Below are positions 19,071 through 28,989 of a stretch of DNA of 64,000 nucleotides, in pieces. The stretch's first letter is position 1; each line of letters opens with the position of its first letter. The notes under the pieces were generated by a model. The model was given only the letters and a program-made list of their open reading frames with translations. It ran no database searches and was not told where the DNA came from. The position numbers and the translations under genes were made by a program. The DNA comes from Ignavibacteria bacterium (GTDB lineage Bacteria > Bacteroidota > Ignavibacteria > UBA10030 > F1-140-MAGs086): the NCBI GenBank assembly GCA_016873775.1, contig VGWC01000004.1, forward strand, positions 1,830 through 65,829, in the 5' to 3' direction.

Positions 19071-20777
19071 TTATCGCGGTGGAAATCCAACTTTGAAATC
19101 GGTAATTGCTGATTGAAAACGTTGAGCGGACATTTTGAGAACAAAATCTTTAAATGCTTCGGAAAATATCTTTGGAGATTTTTCCAAATCAATAATCATT
19201 CCGCGCCTCGCAAGTTCTTTCATTATTAGAATATTCATTCGCGCGTTTCTTCGTCCTTCTACTAAATCGGCGATAATGATTCGTTCGTCCATCGAGAAAC
19301 TATCCCAATATGCCTGAAAAACGTCTCGCACTTCTGCAATAAATTTTTGTTTCACTGCATCAATGTTCAACGGTGCATTGGGTGCTGATATTAATGCGTC
19401 CCACACAATGGAGCATGCAACTTGCAATAGATACGGATGATAACCCGCCAATCCGATAATGAGTTGGATAAACGGTTCAAACGATGGTCCTCCGGTTTTC
19501 ATCGAACGAAGTAAAAGTTCTTTTGCTTCGACTAGACTAAAGTGGCTGAGATTTATCGTCGAAAAAATTTCAGAGAACGGTTTTTCGGGATATTCTTTGT
19601 GTCCAATGGCGGCTTTCAGCGGAAGATGTGAAGATACGACTTCGATGATATTGTAATTCTCATCTACGAAACGAAGCAAATCAAAAAAGTACATATCAAA
19701 CGAATCGTTCTTTGCGAGATTATCTATTTCATCAATGATAAGAACAACGCATTTTTGCATTCGGTCAATATATCCCAACAATTTTCGGAAGCCATCGTAC
19801 GTAGGCGCAATTCCTTGTGTCATCTTTCCGGTTTTATCGAGACTGAAGTACAATGCAAGGAAAAATTCTTCAAGCGTAAAGTTCGGTGTTTTCGGACATT
19901 CAACGTAAGTGAAAATATATTCCTGTGGATTGCGTAAGTAGTGTTGACGAACTTCTTGATGTGTAAGATAATAAATCATTGACGTTATTCCCATTCTTCG
20001 TTCGCCGACAACGGAAATACTTCGTGTACTCTTCGAAGCAATGAGTTCGAAAATTTGGCGGATTTCCTCTTGGCGTCCGACAAAACCTTCTAAGGATGTA
20101 ATTTTTCCGCCGGTTTGATACGGGCTTTTCTTTTGCGTTTGCGTTGCGCCTGATTGAGGAGAAACTGTTTCTGCTTTTTTTTCTTCCTTCTGAGCAGTTT
20201 TTGAAACAGGTTGCACTGCGTTTCCAACATCATCACCATAAACATTATAAATTGTATGTGTGATGCCGTGTTTATCCGGAAGTTCTCCGCAGAAATGAAA
20301 CATTTGTTTGTAGCGTTCGTTGAGAACTGCAACCAAATCATACACTTCGCGAGATGCAAGTATATGATTCGTAACGCCAAAACTCATTAGTCGCTCTGCT
20401 TTGTTGACGGCGTTTCCGATAATGTCAGCATTCCCCGCTAAATCTCGGCGCACAGAGACTTGTCCGATATTGATTCCGATGCGTACATCAATTTTTTGTT
20501 CATCGGTGAGTTTCTGATTATTTTTTGCAAGAGCGGATTGAATTTCGATGGCAATTTTCAGCGGTGCTTCCATATCGTCGAAGAAACAAAGAATTGCACC
20601 ATCGCCTGTTGTTTTTATACAAAGCGAGTTTTGATTTGTTGTCTGGAATGTAGGAGTTTGTCGAATGATATTTTCCAACGTATATACTTTTTTTACTTGA
20701 AACTCATTCGTAAGTTTTGAAAAACCTACTATATCTAGCATTGCCACGTAGGCAATTCTTTTCTCCATCTCAGCCAC
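19071..20777 (-). CDS. class III adenylate/guanylate cyclase domain fused to a STAND/AAA-type ATPase domain
   Basis: The N-terminal ~180 aa cyclase domain reads AYVAMLDIVGFSKLT...TTGDGAILCFFD...RIGINIGQVSV. The central region has a degenerate P-loop (VVGERRMGITSMIYYL) and a Walker B motif (VVLIIDEIDNL). Confidence 0.7.
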   Translation of the reverse strand: MAEMEKRIAYVAMLDIVGFSKLTNEFQVKKVYTLENIIRQTPTFQTTNQNSLCIKTTGDGAILCFFDDMEAPLKIAIEIQSALAKNNQKLTDEQKIDVRIGINIGQVSVRRDLAGNADIIGNAVNKAERLMSFGVTNHILASREVYDLVAVLNERYKQMFHFCGELPDKHGITHTIYNVYGDDVGNAVQPVSKTAQKEEKKAETVSPQSGATQTQKKSPYQTGGKITSLEGFVGRQEEIRQIFELIASKSTRSISVVGERRMGITSMIYYLTHQEVRQHYLRNPQEYIFTYVECPKTPNFTLEEFFLALYFSLDKTGKMTQGIAPTYDGFRKLLGYIDRMQKCVVLIIDEIDNLAKNDSFDMYFFDLLRFVDENYNIIEVVSSHLPLKAAIGHKEYPEKPFSEIFSTINLSHFSLVEAKELLLRSMKTGGPSFEPFIQLIIGLAGYHPYLLQVACSIVWDALISAPNAPLNIDAVKQKFIAEVRDVFQAYWDSFSMDERIIIADLVEGRRNARMNILIMKELARRGMIIDLEKSPKIFSEAFKDFVLKMSAQRFQSAITDFKVGFPPR

Positions 20778-20888
20778 GGTTGTCTCTACGCATTAACGAT
20801 TGTTTGAATGTTGTAAATAAATTTGCAAATGATTTCTACTTTTTAGAAAGTGAGAGCAAATATACATTTCTTTAAGTAACAATTCAAG

Positions 20889-21650
20889 TTAATTTTCAAA
20901 CAAAGAAATTTTTTCTTTTGCGAGTTGCGCTAATGAAGAAATAAACTGGGTAAATTGTTGAGTCCTGTAGTCCTTGCGAATTGCTGTATACCTCATTGAT
21001 ACGCTAGTTCTCGTATTTCGATATTTATTTCGCACTGTGTTTCGATATGGTCGGTAACAAATGCAATCGGAATGACTAAAATATTTTTCTTTTGTTCTGC
21101 TGCTACGTTTTCTATTGTTCCTTCAACGAAGGTTTTAACAATTTTACAGGACCTACTTTGCTTTGATAACAAATAGACGAGGAAAGATTCCATTTCCCTG
21201 TTTCAAGCACTGAACGAACAGTTTCTTCAATCTGAAATTGATATTGGTCGCCTTTTCTAATAAGAGAAAGTTGTAAAAGAATATTGAGGATACATAGGGA
21301 TTAAAACAATGCGCTGAAAATGTCCTCGACAAATTTTTTCGATGGCTACGTGGGTGAACGGTTTCCAATACCGCATTGCAACAAAAACTGAAACATTTTC
21401 TGTTCGGCGAAGTTCGTTTTCCAATGCAGTTACTTGCAATTCAGTAAGTTCACGGATAGGAGATTTTCCTCCGATTGTTGCATAGTGTTCTCTCACTGTT
21501 TTTGAACGCCGAGAAGAAATAAATTGTGCCAGTAATTTCCTTGCTAAAAATGCAACGGAAAATCAATGATATCGGGGTCGCTAAATAAATTGTATAAAAA
21601 ATGCTCAACAGCATCGAGCGAATCCGGTTCACCTAATTGAAAAAGTACGA
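20889..21650 (-). pseudogene. hemH: ferrochelatase pseudogene with multiple frameshifts and stops, shortened
   Basis: Minus-strand pieces fall in three different frames: [35 protein letters not shown], then REHYATIGGKSPIRELTELQVTALENELRR...VFVAMRYWKPFT...IVLIPMYPQYSFTT, then QYQFQIEETVRS...YQSKVGPVKLLKP, then VLVIPIAFVTDHIETQCEINIEIRE, then a C-terminal FTQFISSLAQLAKEKI. All match ferrochelatase motifs but are separated by at least three frame changes and stops. Total span is about 760 nt against about 960 nt expected. Confidence 0.65.
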
Positions 21651-21795
21651 CAGCAGTTTTTTGTTCCGAAATTGATTGTATCGAAAAATAAATTTGAAAA
21701 AAATACTTAAACTCTTTTTCGCAAACCTATTTGGCATAGAATAAATTCGATTGTTATATTGCACCCGTTTTTGGAACCCGAATTTTTTACCCACT

Positions 21796-22899
21796 ATGAA
21801 TTTTAAAAATTTTATCTATTTCTTATTTACCATTGCATTTATTTATCCAACACAAATTTTTCCACTTCCGCGATTTTCATTGAAAGAAAATATGCGATGT
21901 TCATCGTGTCATACTAATCCGACAGGAGGACAAATGCGCAATGAATACGGAACAACGTACAGTCTCGACAAGTTATCTCTTGAATCAACGTTCGAAGAAG
22001 ATTTTTCTTTTGACCCGAAACTTTCTGATAACATAACGATAGGTGCGGATGTTCGAACGCAATTTTTATCAGAAGAATTTTCGCACTTGAATACATTTCA
22101 GTTGATGACAGCGTCATTGTATGCATCTGCTCGACTTTCGAAAAAAATTACATTGTATTTGAAACAAGATATCGTGAACGGTACGTATGGAAATTATTAC
22201 GGCGGAACAGAAGTTTTTGGAATGTTGAAATTATTTCCGAAGTTCTATATCAAAGGAGGAAGTTTTCTTCCGGATTTTGGTTGGAAACAGGATGACCATA
22301 CAATTTTTACTCGAGCGAAATTATTTTTCCCCCCGAATTACAAAGATATCGGAATTGAATTCGGAAGTTCGCTGGACAATATATTCGTAACTGCCGGAAT
22401 ATTTAACGGAACTGGAAATTATTCTACGCTCGAATATTCTCGACATAAAGCATTTGTTGTAAAAGCAGAAATTGCTCAATCGGTTTCTCAAGTTCATTAT
22501 GTTGTTGGTTTTTCGGGTTACCAATATCAAAACTATAAAATGGGAGGTATTCATCTAAGTGCAAATGTTGATGATGTTATTTTTTTAGGTGAAATAGATT
22601 GGACAAATGGTGCGTTAGATATTTTTTCGTCTCCTCCTGCGTTTGATAACACGAGTAAGTCAATGGCAATGTTTGCAGAAATAGATTATCGGTTTATTCA
22701 AGGACTTTGGTTAACGGGACGCTATGAACAATTTGACACGTATCGAAGTGTGCGCGGAGATGAAAAACATAGAATTGTCATCGGTGCAGAATTTTTTCCG
22801 TATTCATTTGTTGAGATTCGTCCGCAGTATCGTTTCAATGTTGAAACGCCAACAGTTTCCAACAATCAATTCCTTATTCAATCACATTTATGGTTTTGA
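21796..22899 (+). CDS. candidate fused monoheme cytochrome-porin (Cyc2-like): signal peptide, one CXXCH, then a predicted outer-membrane beta-barrel
   Basis: Start trimmed to MNFKNFIYFLFTIAFIYPTQIF (signal). CSSCH lies about 10 residues after the predicted cleavage site. The remainder alternates polar and hydrophobic residues in short strands and ends ...IQSHLWF (C-terminal aromatic, typical of OMP barrels). Confidence 0.5.
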   Translation: MNFKNFIYFLFTIAFIYPTQIFPLPRFSLKENMRCSSCHTNPTGGQMRNEYGTTYSLDKLSLESTFEEDFSFDPKLSDNITIGADVRTQFLSEEFSHLNTFQLMTASLYASARLSKKITLYLKQDIVNGTYGNYYGGTEVFGMLKLFPKFYIKGGSFLPDFGWKQDDHTIFTRAKLFFPPNYKDIGIEFGSSLDNIFVTAGIFNGTGNYSTLEYSRHKAFVVKAEIAQSVSQVHYVVGFSGYQYQNYKMGGIHLSANVDDVIFLGEIDWTNGALDIFSSPPAFDNTSKSMAMFAEIDYRFIQGLWLTGRYEQFDTYRSVRGDEKHRIVIGAEFFPYSFVEIRPQYRFNVETPTVSNNQFLIQSHLWF

Positions 22900-22907
22900 G
22901 GTGTACA

Positions 22908-23393
22908 ATGAAAATATATGTATCAGTACTATTGTTCTTTGTGTCAACCGATTCATTTTTTTCGCAAGAAAGCAGTACTTCGGAAAAAACGAAGAAGAAA
23001 AAAAACGATACAACATCAACGACAGTAATTCAAGAAAGAAAGAATTCAGAAGAAAACGTTGAAACAAACAAAGAATTGGGAAAGAACGTTACTGTTTCTT
23101 TTTCCAAAGTAATTTTTCCGCTTCTGCAAAAACATTGTATGCCGTGTCATTCGGAAGAAGAGGAAAATCCAAGCGAATTGTATTTTGAATCGTACGAAAT
23201 GCTAATGCATGGCGGGAAAAATGGTGTTCCGATTATTTCGGGCAAAGGAGATTCGAGTATGTTTATACAAAAATTGCGACCGAAACCAACCTTTGGCGAC
23301 CAAATGCCATTGCCAAAACGGAAAACAAAACTTTCAGAAGAAGTGATTCAAATTTTTGTTGATTGGATCAATCAGGGTGCAAAAAAAAATTAA
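22908..23393 (+). CDS. monoheme c-type cytochrome domain protein (PSCyt-like)
   Basis: Signal peptide MKIYVSVLLFFVSTDSFFSQ and a K/T-rich linker, then ...LLQKHCMPCHSEEEENPSELYFESYEMLMHGGKNGVPIISGKGDSSMFIQKL...WINQGA, which resembles the planctomycete-type cytochrome c domain. Overlaps the preceding gene end. Confidence 0.6.
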   Translation: MKIYVSVLLFFVSTDSFFSQESSTSEKTKKKKNDTTSTTVIQERKNSEENVETNKELGKNVTVSFSKVIFPLLQKHCMPCHSEEEENPSELYFESYEMLMHGGKNGVPIISGKGDSSMFIQKLRPKPTFGDQMPLPKRKTKLSEEVIQIFVDWINQGAKKN

Positions 23394-23414
23394 CTGAATA
23401 CAGTACGTAATTAC

Positions 23415-24251
23415 TTGATTGAACTTCACAAGACAATTCAAGAACTCTATAATACAGAACTGCATTTGCTTCAACGTTCTGATGTCGTACCTGTTTTCAA
23501 CGAACTCAAAACACAGTTAAATTCAGGAACACTGCGAACGGCAGAAAAAAAGGATGGGCATTGGAGTGTTCATGAGTGGATTAAACAAGGAATCCTTCTT
23601 GGATTTCGCGTTGGGATTCTTTCCGAAATTACATCCGCGTCCCCGTTTCAATTTTTTGACAAAGATAATTTTCCAACCAAAAAATTTTCTTTCGAAGATG
23701 GTGTTCGCATTGTCATGGGAGGAACAACTGTTCGTGATGGATGTTATCTTGCAAAAGGAGTTGTAATAATGCCTCCTGCATACGTGAATATCGGCGCGTA
23801 TATTGATGAAGGAACAATGATTGATTCACACGCACTTGTAGGTTCGTGCGCGCAAATAGGAAAGCGCGTTCATATTTCTGCAGGAGCGCAAATTGGAGGA
23901 GTGTTAGAGCCGATTAAAGCAATGCCCGTAATCATAGAAGACGATGTTTTTGTGGGAGGGAATTGTGGAATCTTTGAAGGCGTCATCGTTTCTGAAGGAG
24001 CGGTAATTGCATCGGGTGTAAATCTTACGGCATCAACTCCGGTTTATGATGTTGTTCGGGAAAACATACTTTGCGGAACAAAAAAACATCCGTTGGTAAT
24101 TCCTCGAAATGCCGTTGTCGTATCTGGCGGAAGACCCATATCAGGAAAATGGGCAGAAGAAAACAGATTGGTCATCTTCACACCGATGATTATTAAGTAT
24201 CGCGACGAAAAAACAAACAATGCTACGCTGTTGGAAGAAAATCTTCGATAA
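23415..24251 (+). CDS. dapD: 2,3,4,5-tetrahydropyridine-2,6-dicarboxylate N-succinyltransferase
   Basis: 278 aa collinear with E. coli DapD: ...GAYIDEGTMIDSHALVGSCAQIGKRVHISAGAQIGGVLEPI...IIEDDVFVGGNCGIFEGVIV (hexapeptide repeats) and a C-terminal ...VVVSGGRPIS. Confidence 0.85.
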   Translation: MIELHKTIQELYNTELHLLQRSDVVPVFNELKTQLNSGTLRTAEKKDGHWSVHEWIKQGILLGFRVGILSEITSASPFQFFDKDNFPTKKFSFEDGVRIVMGGTTVRDGCYLAKGVVIMPPAYVNIGAYIDEGTMIDSHALVGSCAQIGKRVHISAGAQIGGVLEPIKAMPVIIEDDVFVGGNCGIFEGVIVSEGAVIASGVNLTASTPVYDVVRENILCGTKKHPLVIPRNAVVVSGGRPISGKWAEENRLVIFTPMIIKYRDEKTNNATLLEENLR

Positions 24252-24256
24252 TTTTT

Positions 24257-25168
24257 ATGGCAAAAAAGATTCTCATCACGGGTAGCAATGGATTAGTAGG
24301 ACAAAAACTTGCGTTTGTTTTTTCTCAAAGCGAGCAATATCAACTCTTACTTACATCCAAACACGAAAAGTCCGTATTTGGAAATTTGTTACCGTATCGG
24401 AAAATGAATTTATCCGTTAAGAAAGAAGTACATTCTGTTGTGAATGATTATTTACCGGATGTTATTATCAACGCCGGTTCTTATACAGATGTGGATGGTT
24501 GTGAAAAAGAAAAGGAACAGGCATGGCTTGCAAATGTTGTTGGTGTTGAGCATTTAATTTCTGCAGTCAAATCGGAAACGCACATCATTCATTATTCGTC
24601 GGATTATATTTTTGACGGTAAAGCGGGACCGTATGACGAAACATCGCTTCCTAATCCGATATCGTATTATGGAAAAACAAAATTAGCAAGCGAAAATGCA
24701 TTGCGAATGAGTTCGCATCCATTCACGATATTAAGAACATTGATTGTGTACGGAACTGGAATAAACGTTAAAACAAATTTTGCGCTTTGGGTGATTCGTT
24801 CGTTACAAGAGAAAAAAAATATTCGTGTTGTTACTGACCAATGGGGGAATCCTACACTTGCAGATGATTTGGCGTTTGCGGCTTTAAAAATTGTTGAATT
24901 GGAGCGTGCTGGAGTGTACAATATTGCGGGAGAAAATATTTTGAATCGTTTTCAGTTTGCGCAAACTATCGCGGAGCAATTTCAACTGAATACATCTCAC
25001 ATTATTCCAATTGTTACAAGCGATTTGAAACAAGTTGCACCGCGTCCGTTACGTTCGGGATTTATAACATTGAAAGCCGAAACAGAATTAAGTTTAAAAT
25101 TATCGGGAGTAACAAAAGGACTTTCCGTTTTATATCATCAACTAATGTTAGAAAAAAAACAAAACTGA
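24257..25168 (+). CDS. NAD(P)-dependent SDR-family epimerase/reductase (RmlD/dTDP-4-dehydrorhamnose reductase-like)
   Basis: Rossmann N-terminus MAKKILITGSNGLVGQKL and the catalytic YGKTK (YxxxK). Length and layout resemble the RmlD substrate-binding family. Confidence 0.6.
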   Translation: MAKKILITGSNGLVGQKLAFVFSQSEQYQLLLTSKHEKSVFGNLLPYRKMNLSVKKEVHSVVNDYLPDVIINAGSYTDVDGCEKEKEQAWLANVVGVEHLISAVKSETHIIHYSSDYIFDGKAGPYDETSLPNPISYYGKTKLASENALRMSSHPFTILRTLIVYGTGINVKTNFALWVIRSLQEKKNIRVVTDQWGNPTLADDLAFAALKIVELERAGVYNIAGENILNRFQFAQTIAEQFQLNTSHIIPIVTSDLKQVAPRPLRSGFITLKAETELSLKLSGVTKGLSVLYHQLMLEKKQN

Positions 25169-25173
25169 AATCT

Positions 25174-26439
25174 ATGCTTGATTTAAAATATATCCGCGAG
25201 CATCCTGAAGAAGTTCATGAAGGAATAAGAAAAAAAGGAGAAAAAGATTTTGTCAATGATATTCTGAATCTTGATAAAAGAAGAAGAGAATTGCAATTCA
25301 GCGTTGATGCACTCAAGAACAGACGCAACATTGTAACAGAAGAAATTGCCGCATTGAAGAAACGGAACGAAGATGCTACGACGTTAATTTCTGAAATGGG
25401 AACATTAAAAAGCGAGATTCAACAATATGACAAAGAAGTGTTTGACATAGACCAAAAACTCAATCAGTTGTTATTGACGATTCCCAATGTTCCTCATGTT
25501 TCCGTTCCTTTTGGTAAAGCACCTGAAGAAAATGTGCCAATATTTACTTGGGGAAAATTATCCGAGATGGATGTTGAGCCGAAACCACATTGGGAGATTG
25601 CAGAAAAATGTGGAATCATAGATTTCAATCGCGGAGCAATGGTTTCGGGAACAGGATTTCCTTTCTATGTTGGAAAAGGTGCGCAATTGCAGCGAGCGCT
25701 AATCAATTTTTTTCTTGATGAAGCGAACGAACACGGATATACGGAAATTGAACCGCCAATTGTTGTGAACGAAGATTCTGCAAGAGGAACGGGACAAATT
25801 CCCGACAAAGAGGATTTGATGTACATTGCAGAGCGAGACGGATTATATCTTGTTCCTACGGCAGAAGTACCGGTAACAAACTTTCATCGGAATGAAATTA
25901 TTTTAGAAGAGAAATTGCCCATAAAATACTGCGCGTACACTCCTTGTTTTCGTCGTGAAGCAGGTTCGTATGGAAAAGATGTTCGCGGGTTAAATCGCTT
26001 GCACCAGTTTGACAAAGTGGAATTAGTAAAATTTGTAATTCCCGATTCTTCATACAACGAGTTGGAAAAATTACGAAGTGACGCAGAAATCTTACTCCAA
26101 AAACTCAATATTCCTTATCGTGTATTGCTGATGTGTACAGGAGATATGGGATTTTCTCAAGCAAAGAAGTATGACCTCGAAGTGTGGTCGGCGGCGCAAA
26201 AAAAATGGTTAGAAGTTTCTTCGGTAAGTAATTTTGAATCGTTTCAGGCGAGAAGAATGAACATTCGTTATCGTCCAATGAACGGAGGAAAACCGGAAAT
26301 TCTACATACGCTTAATGGTTCCGCGCTTGCGTTGCCAAGAATAGTTGCTGCTATTTTAGAAAATTATCAAACTCCCGAAGGAAAAGTCATCGTTCCTTCG
26401 GTTCTTCAGAAGTATACCAGATTTTCTGTTTTTGAATAA
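25174..26439 (+). CDS. serS: serine--tRNA ligase
   Basis: 421 aa with an N-terminal coiled-coil arm (MLDLKYIREHPEEV...) and the class II aaRS core (FRREAGSYGKDVRGLNRLHQFDKVE...GSALALPR). Canonical SerS. Confidence 0.9.
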   Translation: MLDLKYIREHPEEVHEGIRKKGEKDFVNDILNLDKRRRELQFSVDALKNRRNIVTEEIAALKKRNEDATTLISEMGTLKSEIQQYDKEVFDIDQKLNQLLLTIPNVPHVSVPFGKAPEENVPIFTWGKLSEMDVEPKPHWEIAEKCGIIDFNRGAMVSGTGFPFYVGKGAQLQRALINFFLDEANEHGYTEIEPPIVVNEDSARGTGQIPDKEDLMYIAERDGLYLVPTAEVPVTNFHRNEIILEEKLPIKYCAYTPCFRREAGSYGKDVRGLNRLHQFDKVELVKFVIPDSSYNELEKLRSDAEILLQKLNIPYRVLLMCTGDMGFSQAKKYDLEVWSAAQKKWLEVSSVSNFESFQARRMNIRYRPMNGGKPEILHTLNGSALALPRIVAAILENYQTPEGKVIVPSVLQKYTRFSVFE

Positions 26440-26452
26440 GGAAGTATGCTAT

Positions 26453-26767
26453 TTATTGAAGTTCATCATTCGTGAACATCGTAGAAGGAGATTCTGATTG
26501 TTGAGGTTCCGTTTTCTGTGGCTGAGAAAATAACCGATGTTTGCTTTTGTAGTGAATGACAATAAGCGAAGCAATGTATCCTTCTAAATTAAAAGAAGTG
26601 CGAAGGTCTTCGATATATTCTTTCTGATTTGCAGAAGTTATATCCGTCATAGATAAAATCCGTTCCCATTCACTCCAAGGTTTTTTCGTTCGGGATTCTA
26701 TGATTTGCTCGGATTTTTCTTGAGTTTGCGATTGGGGAGGAGGTTGTTGTGAGTTTTGTAGTTCCAT
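26453..26767 (-). CDS. hypothetical protein
   Basis: 104 aa ORF convergent with serS, Q/P/S-rich at both ends. No recognisable domain. Confidence 0.35.
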   Translation of the reverse strand: MELQNSQQPPPQSQTQEKSEQIIESRTKKPWSEWERILSMTDITSANQKEYIEDLRTSFNLEGYIASLIVIHYKSKHRLFSQPQKTEPQQSESPSTMFTNDELQ

Positions 26768-26885
26768 AAATGCGGGGAAAATATAGTAAAAATTATTTTT
26801 TCATTTCAAACTCTGCAAATATTGTGCTTCGTAAGTGTTTCTCGTATATTCATCCGAAATTTTCTAACGTTGAGAGGAAAAAATT

Positions 26886-28805
26886 ATGACCGAAACGTCG
26901 CAACAAACGCATCAGAAGAAAAAACAAGCAGCGCCCGCTTATACGCAACGCCAAGCAGAAGAACGACTTGCGCATTATAAAGAAATCATTTCGGAAATGA
27001 AACATCCTAATGAAATGGAAACGGTTCTTTCCATCACGAAAGATATTGCAGAATCCGGATTTAACGTAACAGAAATTCATCAAATGCTTGCGGAACGAGC
27101 GATGGTTTTTGTTTTGAAATCGTTGGAAGAAATATCGTTGCATTTTGTAGAAGAATTTCTGCATATTGTTAAAAAAACAATAGCAAACGTTCAAACTCAA
27201 CTGAACCAAGCATCAGAAATGGCGTATGCGATTGCTCGAAATAAACTTGAAGAAGGCGATGTTGGTTTAGTTCGCCGATATTATCAAGTAGGAAAATTAG
27301 CAAGCGACGATAAACGCTATTTGGAAGAACAACTTGAAACACGTTTGATGGAATTAGCGGATGAACGGTTGAACGATGATACAGTTGAGTTAGTAGATAA
27401 TTACATCAGTATTGCAAAAACGATTACTATTGATTTAACTCCCGCGCGTCAAAAGATGACAGAAAAAGCACTTCGGCTTGCAGAACGCACACTTGACCAA
27501 AATAAATATGATTTAACGGAAAGTTATGTTGGTCTTGCCGCAGTTGCCGGAGGAGATGTTACTGTTTCGCAAGAATACCTCGCAAAAAAATCTCTTGCAC
27601 TTATTGAGAAAGAAATGCAAGTTCCTATAAAAGAACGGAACATAAAAGTTGCATGGCAATTGATACGAATAGTTAGCAGTGTTGGTGGAGATTCCGGAGA
27701 ATTCGAAACAAAATTGGTTGCAGATATCAATGGATTGGAAAGTGCGAAACGACGATTTCAAATAATTCGCGCACTTGTAGTTGTTGCAATCATTGGTGGA
27801 TTGTTTTATGGCCTTTTATGGTGGCGAGAGCAAAGTAAATTAGAAAAAATAAAAGCAGAAAAAGTAGAAAACGATAAGCGGACACAGATTTGGGAACAAC
27901 GCTTATCTGCTGCAACGTTTGGTGATATACTCTATTCACTTTCTAAACACTCGGAAGGTATAACCGATGTTGCTCTCTCTGCTAATGAACAGTATTTTGT
28001 AACAGTAGGTAATGACCACAAAACCTACGTTTGGAGATTGAATGACGGAACGTTGGATTCATTATATGTAAATATTGATAATCCCAGTGTCATCTTAACA
28101 GTTTCCATATCTTCTGATAACCAATATGTGTTTGCTGGTGGAAACGAAATAGTAACAGTTACTGAATTACTTACAGGAAAACTCGTGAGAACTATTGACG
28201 CTCATACAGATTTTGTTACTACATCTGCAGTTACGAATGATAATACATATTACATTTCTGGGAGTGGCGATAAAAGTATTCACGCTTGGAATATATCCGA
28301 TGGAACAGAAGCAAAAAATTTCGACGGACACACGGGAATGGTAAATGCGCTTTCAATTACTTCTGATAACAAAATATTAGTTTCTACGAGCGATGATTCG
28401 ACGATACGATTATGGAATATTTCTGAAGAGAAAGAATTTTCTCGATTATACGGAAACGACATTATGAAATCGGTTTCCGTTAGTTCCGAAGGAAATTGTA
28501 TTGCTTCTGGAACTCCACATGGAAAAATACTTCTTTGGAAATTATCCGATGGAACAATGCTTCAGACCATAGACGCTGGAAGTGCAAGTATCAATACACT
28601 GTCATTTGCAAATCAAGGCAAAGAAATTATTGCCGGAACAGATGCGGGAGAAATTTCGGTGTGGAATGTTAGCGATGGGAAAAATCTTCGACGCTTACAA
28701 CTTCATAATGGGAGTATAACATCGTTCGTTGTTCATTCAAAAAATTCTTTCATCATTTCTGTTGGCGGGAACGATAATCTCATCAAAGTGATAAAGTTCT
28801 ACTAA
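26886..28805 (+). CDS. WD40-repeat protein with an N-terminal helical region and one transmembrane segment
   Basis: The helical N-terminal ~290 aa are followed by a hydrophobic helix (ALVVVAIIGGLFYGLLWW) and then 7 or more WD40-like repeats (...SGDKSIHAWNISDG ..., ...STSDDSTIRLWNISE...). Confidence 0.7.
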   Translation: MTETSQQTHQKKKQAAPAYTQRQAEERLAHYKEIISEMKHPNEMETVLSITKDIAESGFNVTEIHQMLAERAMVFVLKSLEEISLHFVEEFLHIVKKTIANVQTQLNQASEMAYAIARNKLEEGDVGLVRRYYQVGKLASDDKRYLEEQLETRLMELADERLNDDTVELVDNYISIAKTITIDLTPARQKMTEKALRLAERTLDQNKYDLTESYVGLAAVAGGDVTVSQEYLAKKSLALIEKEMQVPIKERNIKVAWQLIRIVSSVGGDSGEFETKLVADINGLESAKRRFQIIRALVVVAIIGGLFYGLLWWREQSKLEKIKAEKVENDKRTQIWEQRLSAATFGDILYSLSKHSEGITDVALSANEQYFVTVGNDHKTYVWRLNDGTLDSLYVNIDNPSVILTVSISSDNQYVFAGGNEIVTVTELLTGKLVRTIDAHTDFVTTSAVTNDNTYYISGSGDKSIHAWNISDGTEAKNFDGHTGMVNALSITSDNKILVSTSDDSTIRLWNISEEKEFSRLYGNDIMKSVSVSSEGNCIASGTPHGKILLWKLSDGTMLQTIDAGSASINTLSFANQGKEIIAGTDAGEISVWNVSDGKNLRRLQLHNGSITSFVVHSKNSFIISVGGNDNLIKVIKFY

Positions 28806-28831
28806 AATTTTCACGAGCATTATTGTGATAT

Positions 28832-28907
28832 TCGGGGCGTGGCTCAGTCCGGCTAGAGTGCTTGGTTCGGGACCAAGAGGTCGCTGGTTCGAATCCAGTC
28901 GCCCCGA
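28832..28907 (+). tRNA. tRNA-Pro (anticodon CGG)
   Basis: 76 nt. Acceptor CGGGGCG/CGCCCCG with discriminator A. Anticodon stem CTTGG/CCAAG with loop TTCGGGA (CGG). T-loop TTCGAAT. Confidence 0.85.
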
Positions 28908-28989
28908 CAATTTATTTCAGATATTCTGGATTCTTTGATATTTATCGTTGCGATAACCAAAAGCAACGATATTTTTTTTCTCAACGGTA

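Noticed and set aside
19071-20777. Cyclase-ATPase as a Pycsar/CBASS-like antiphage cyclic-nucleotide system
   Set aside because: No adjacent effector gene (TM/TIR/nuclease). The neighbours are hemerythrin and small hypotheticals. The architecture is common among signalling STAND cyclases. Kept only as a low-interest note.
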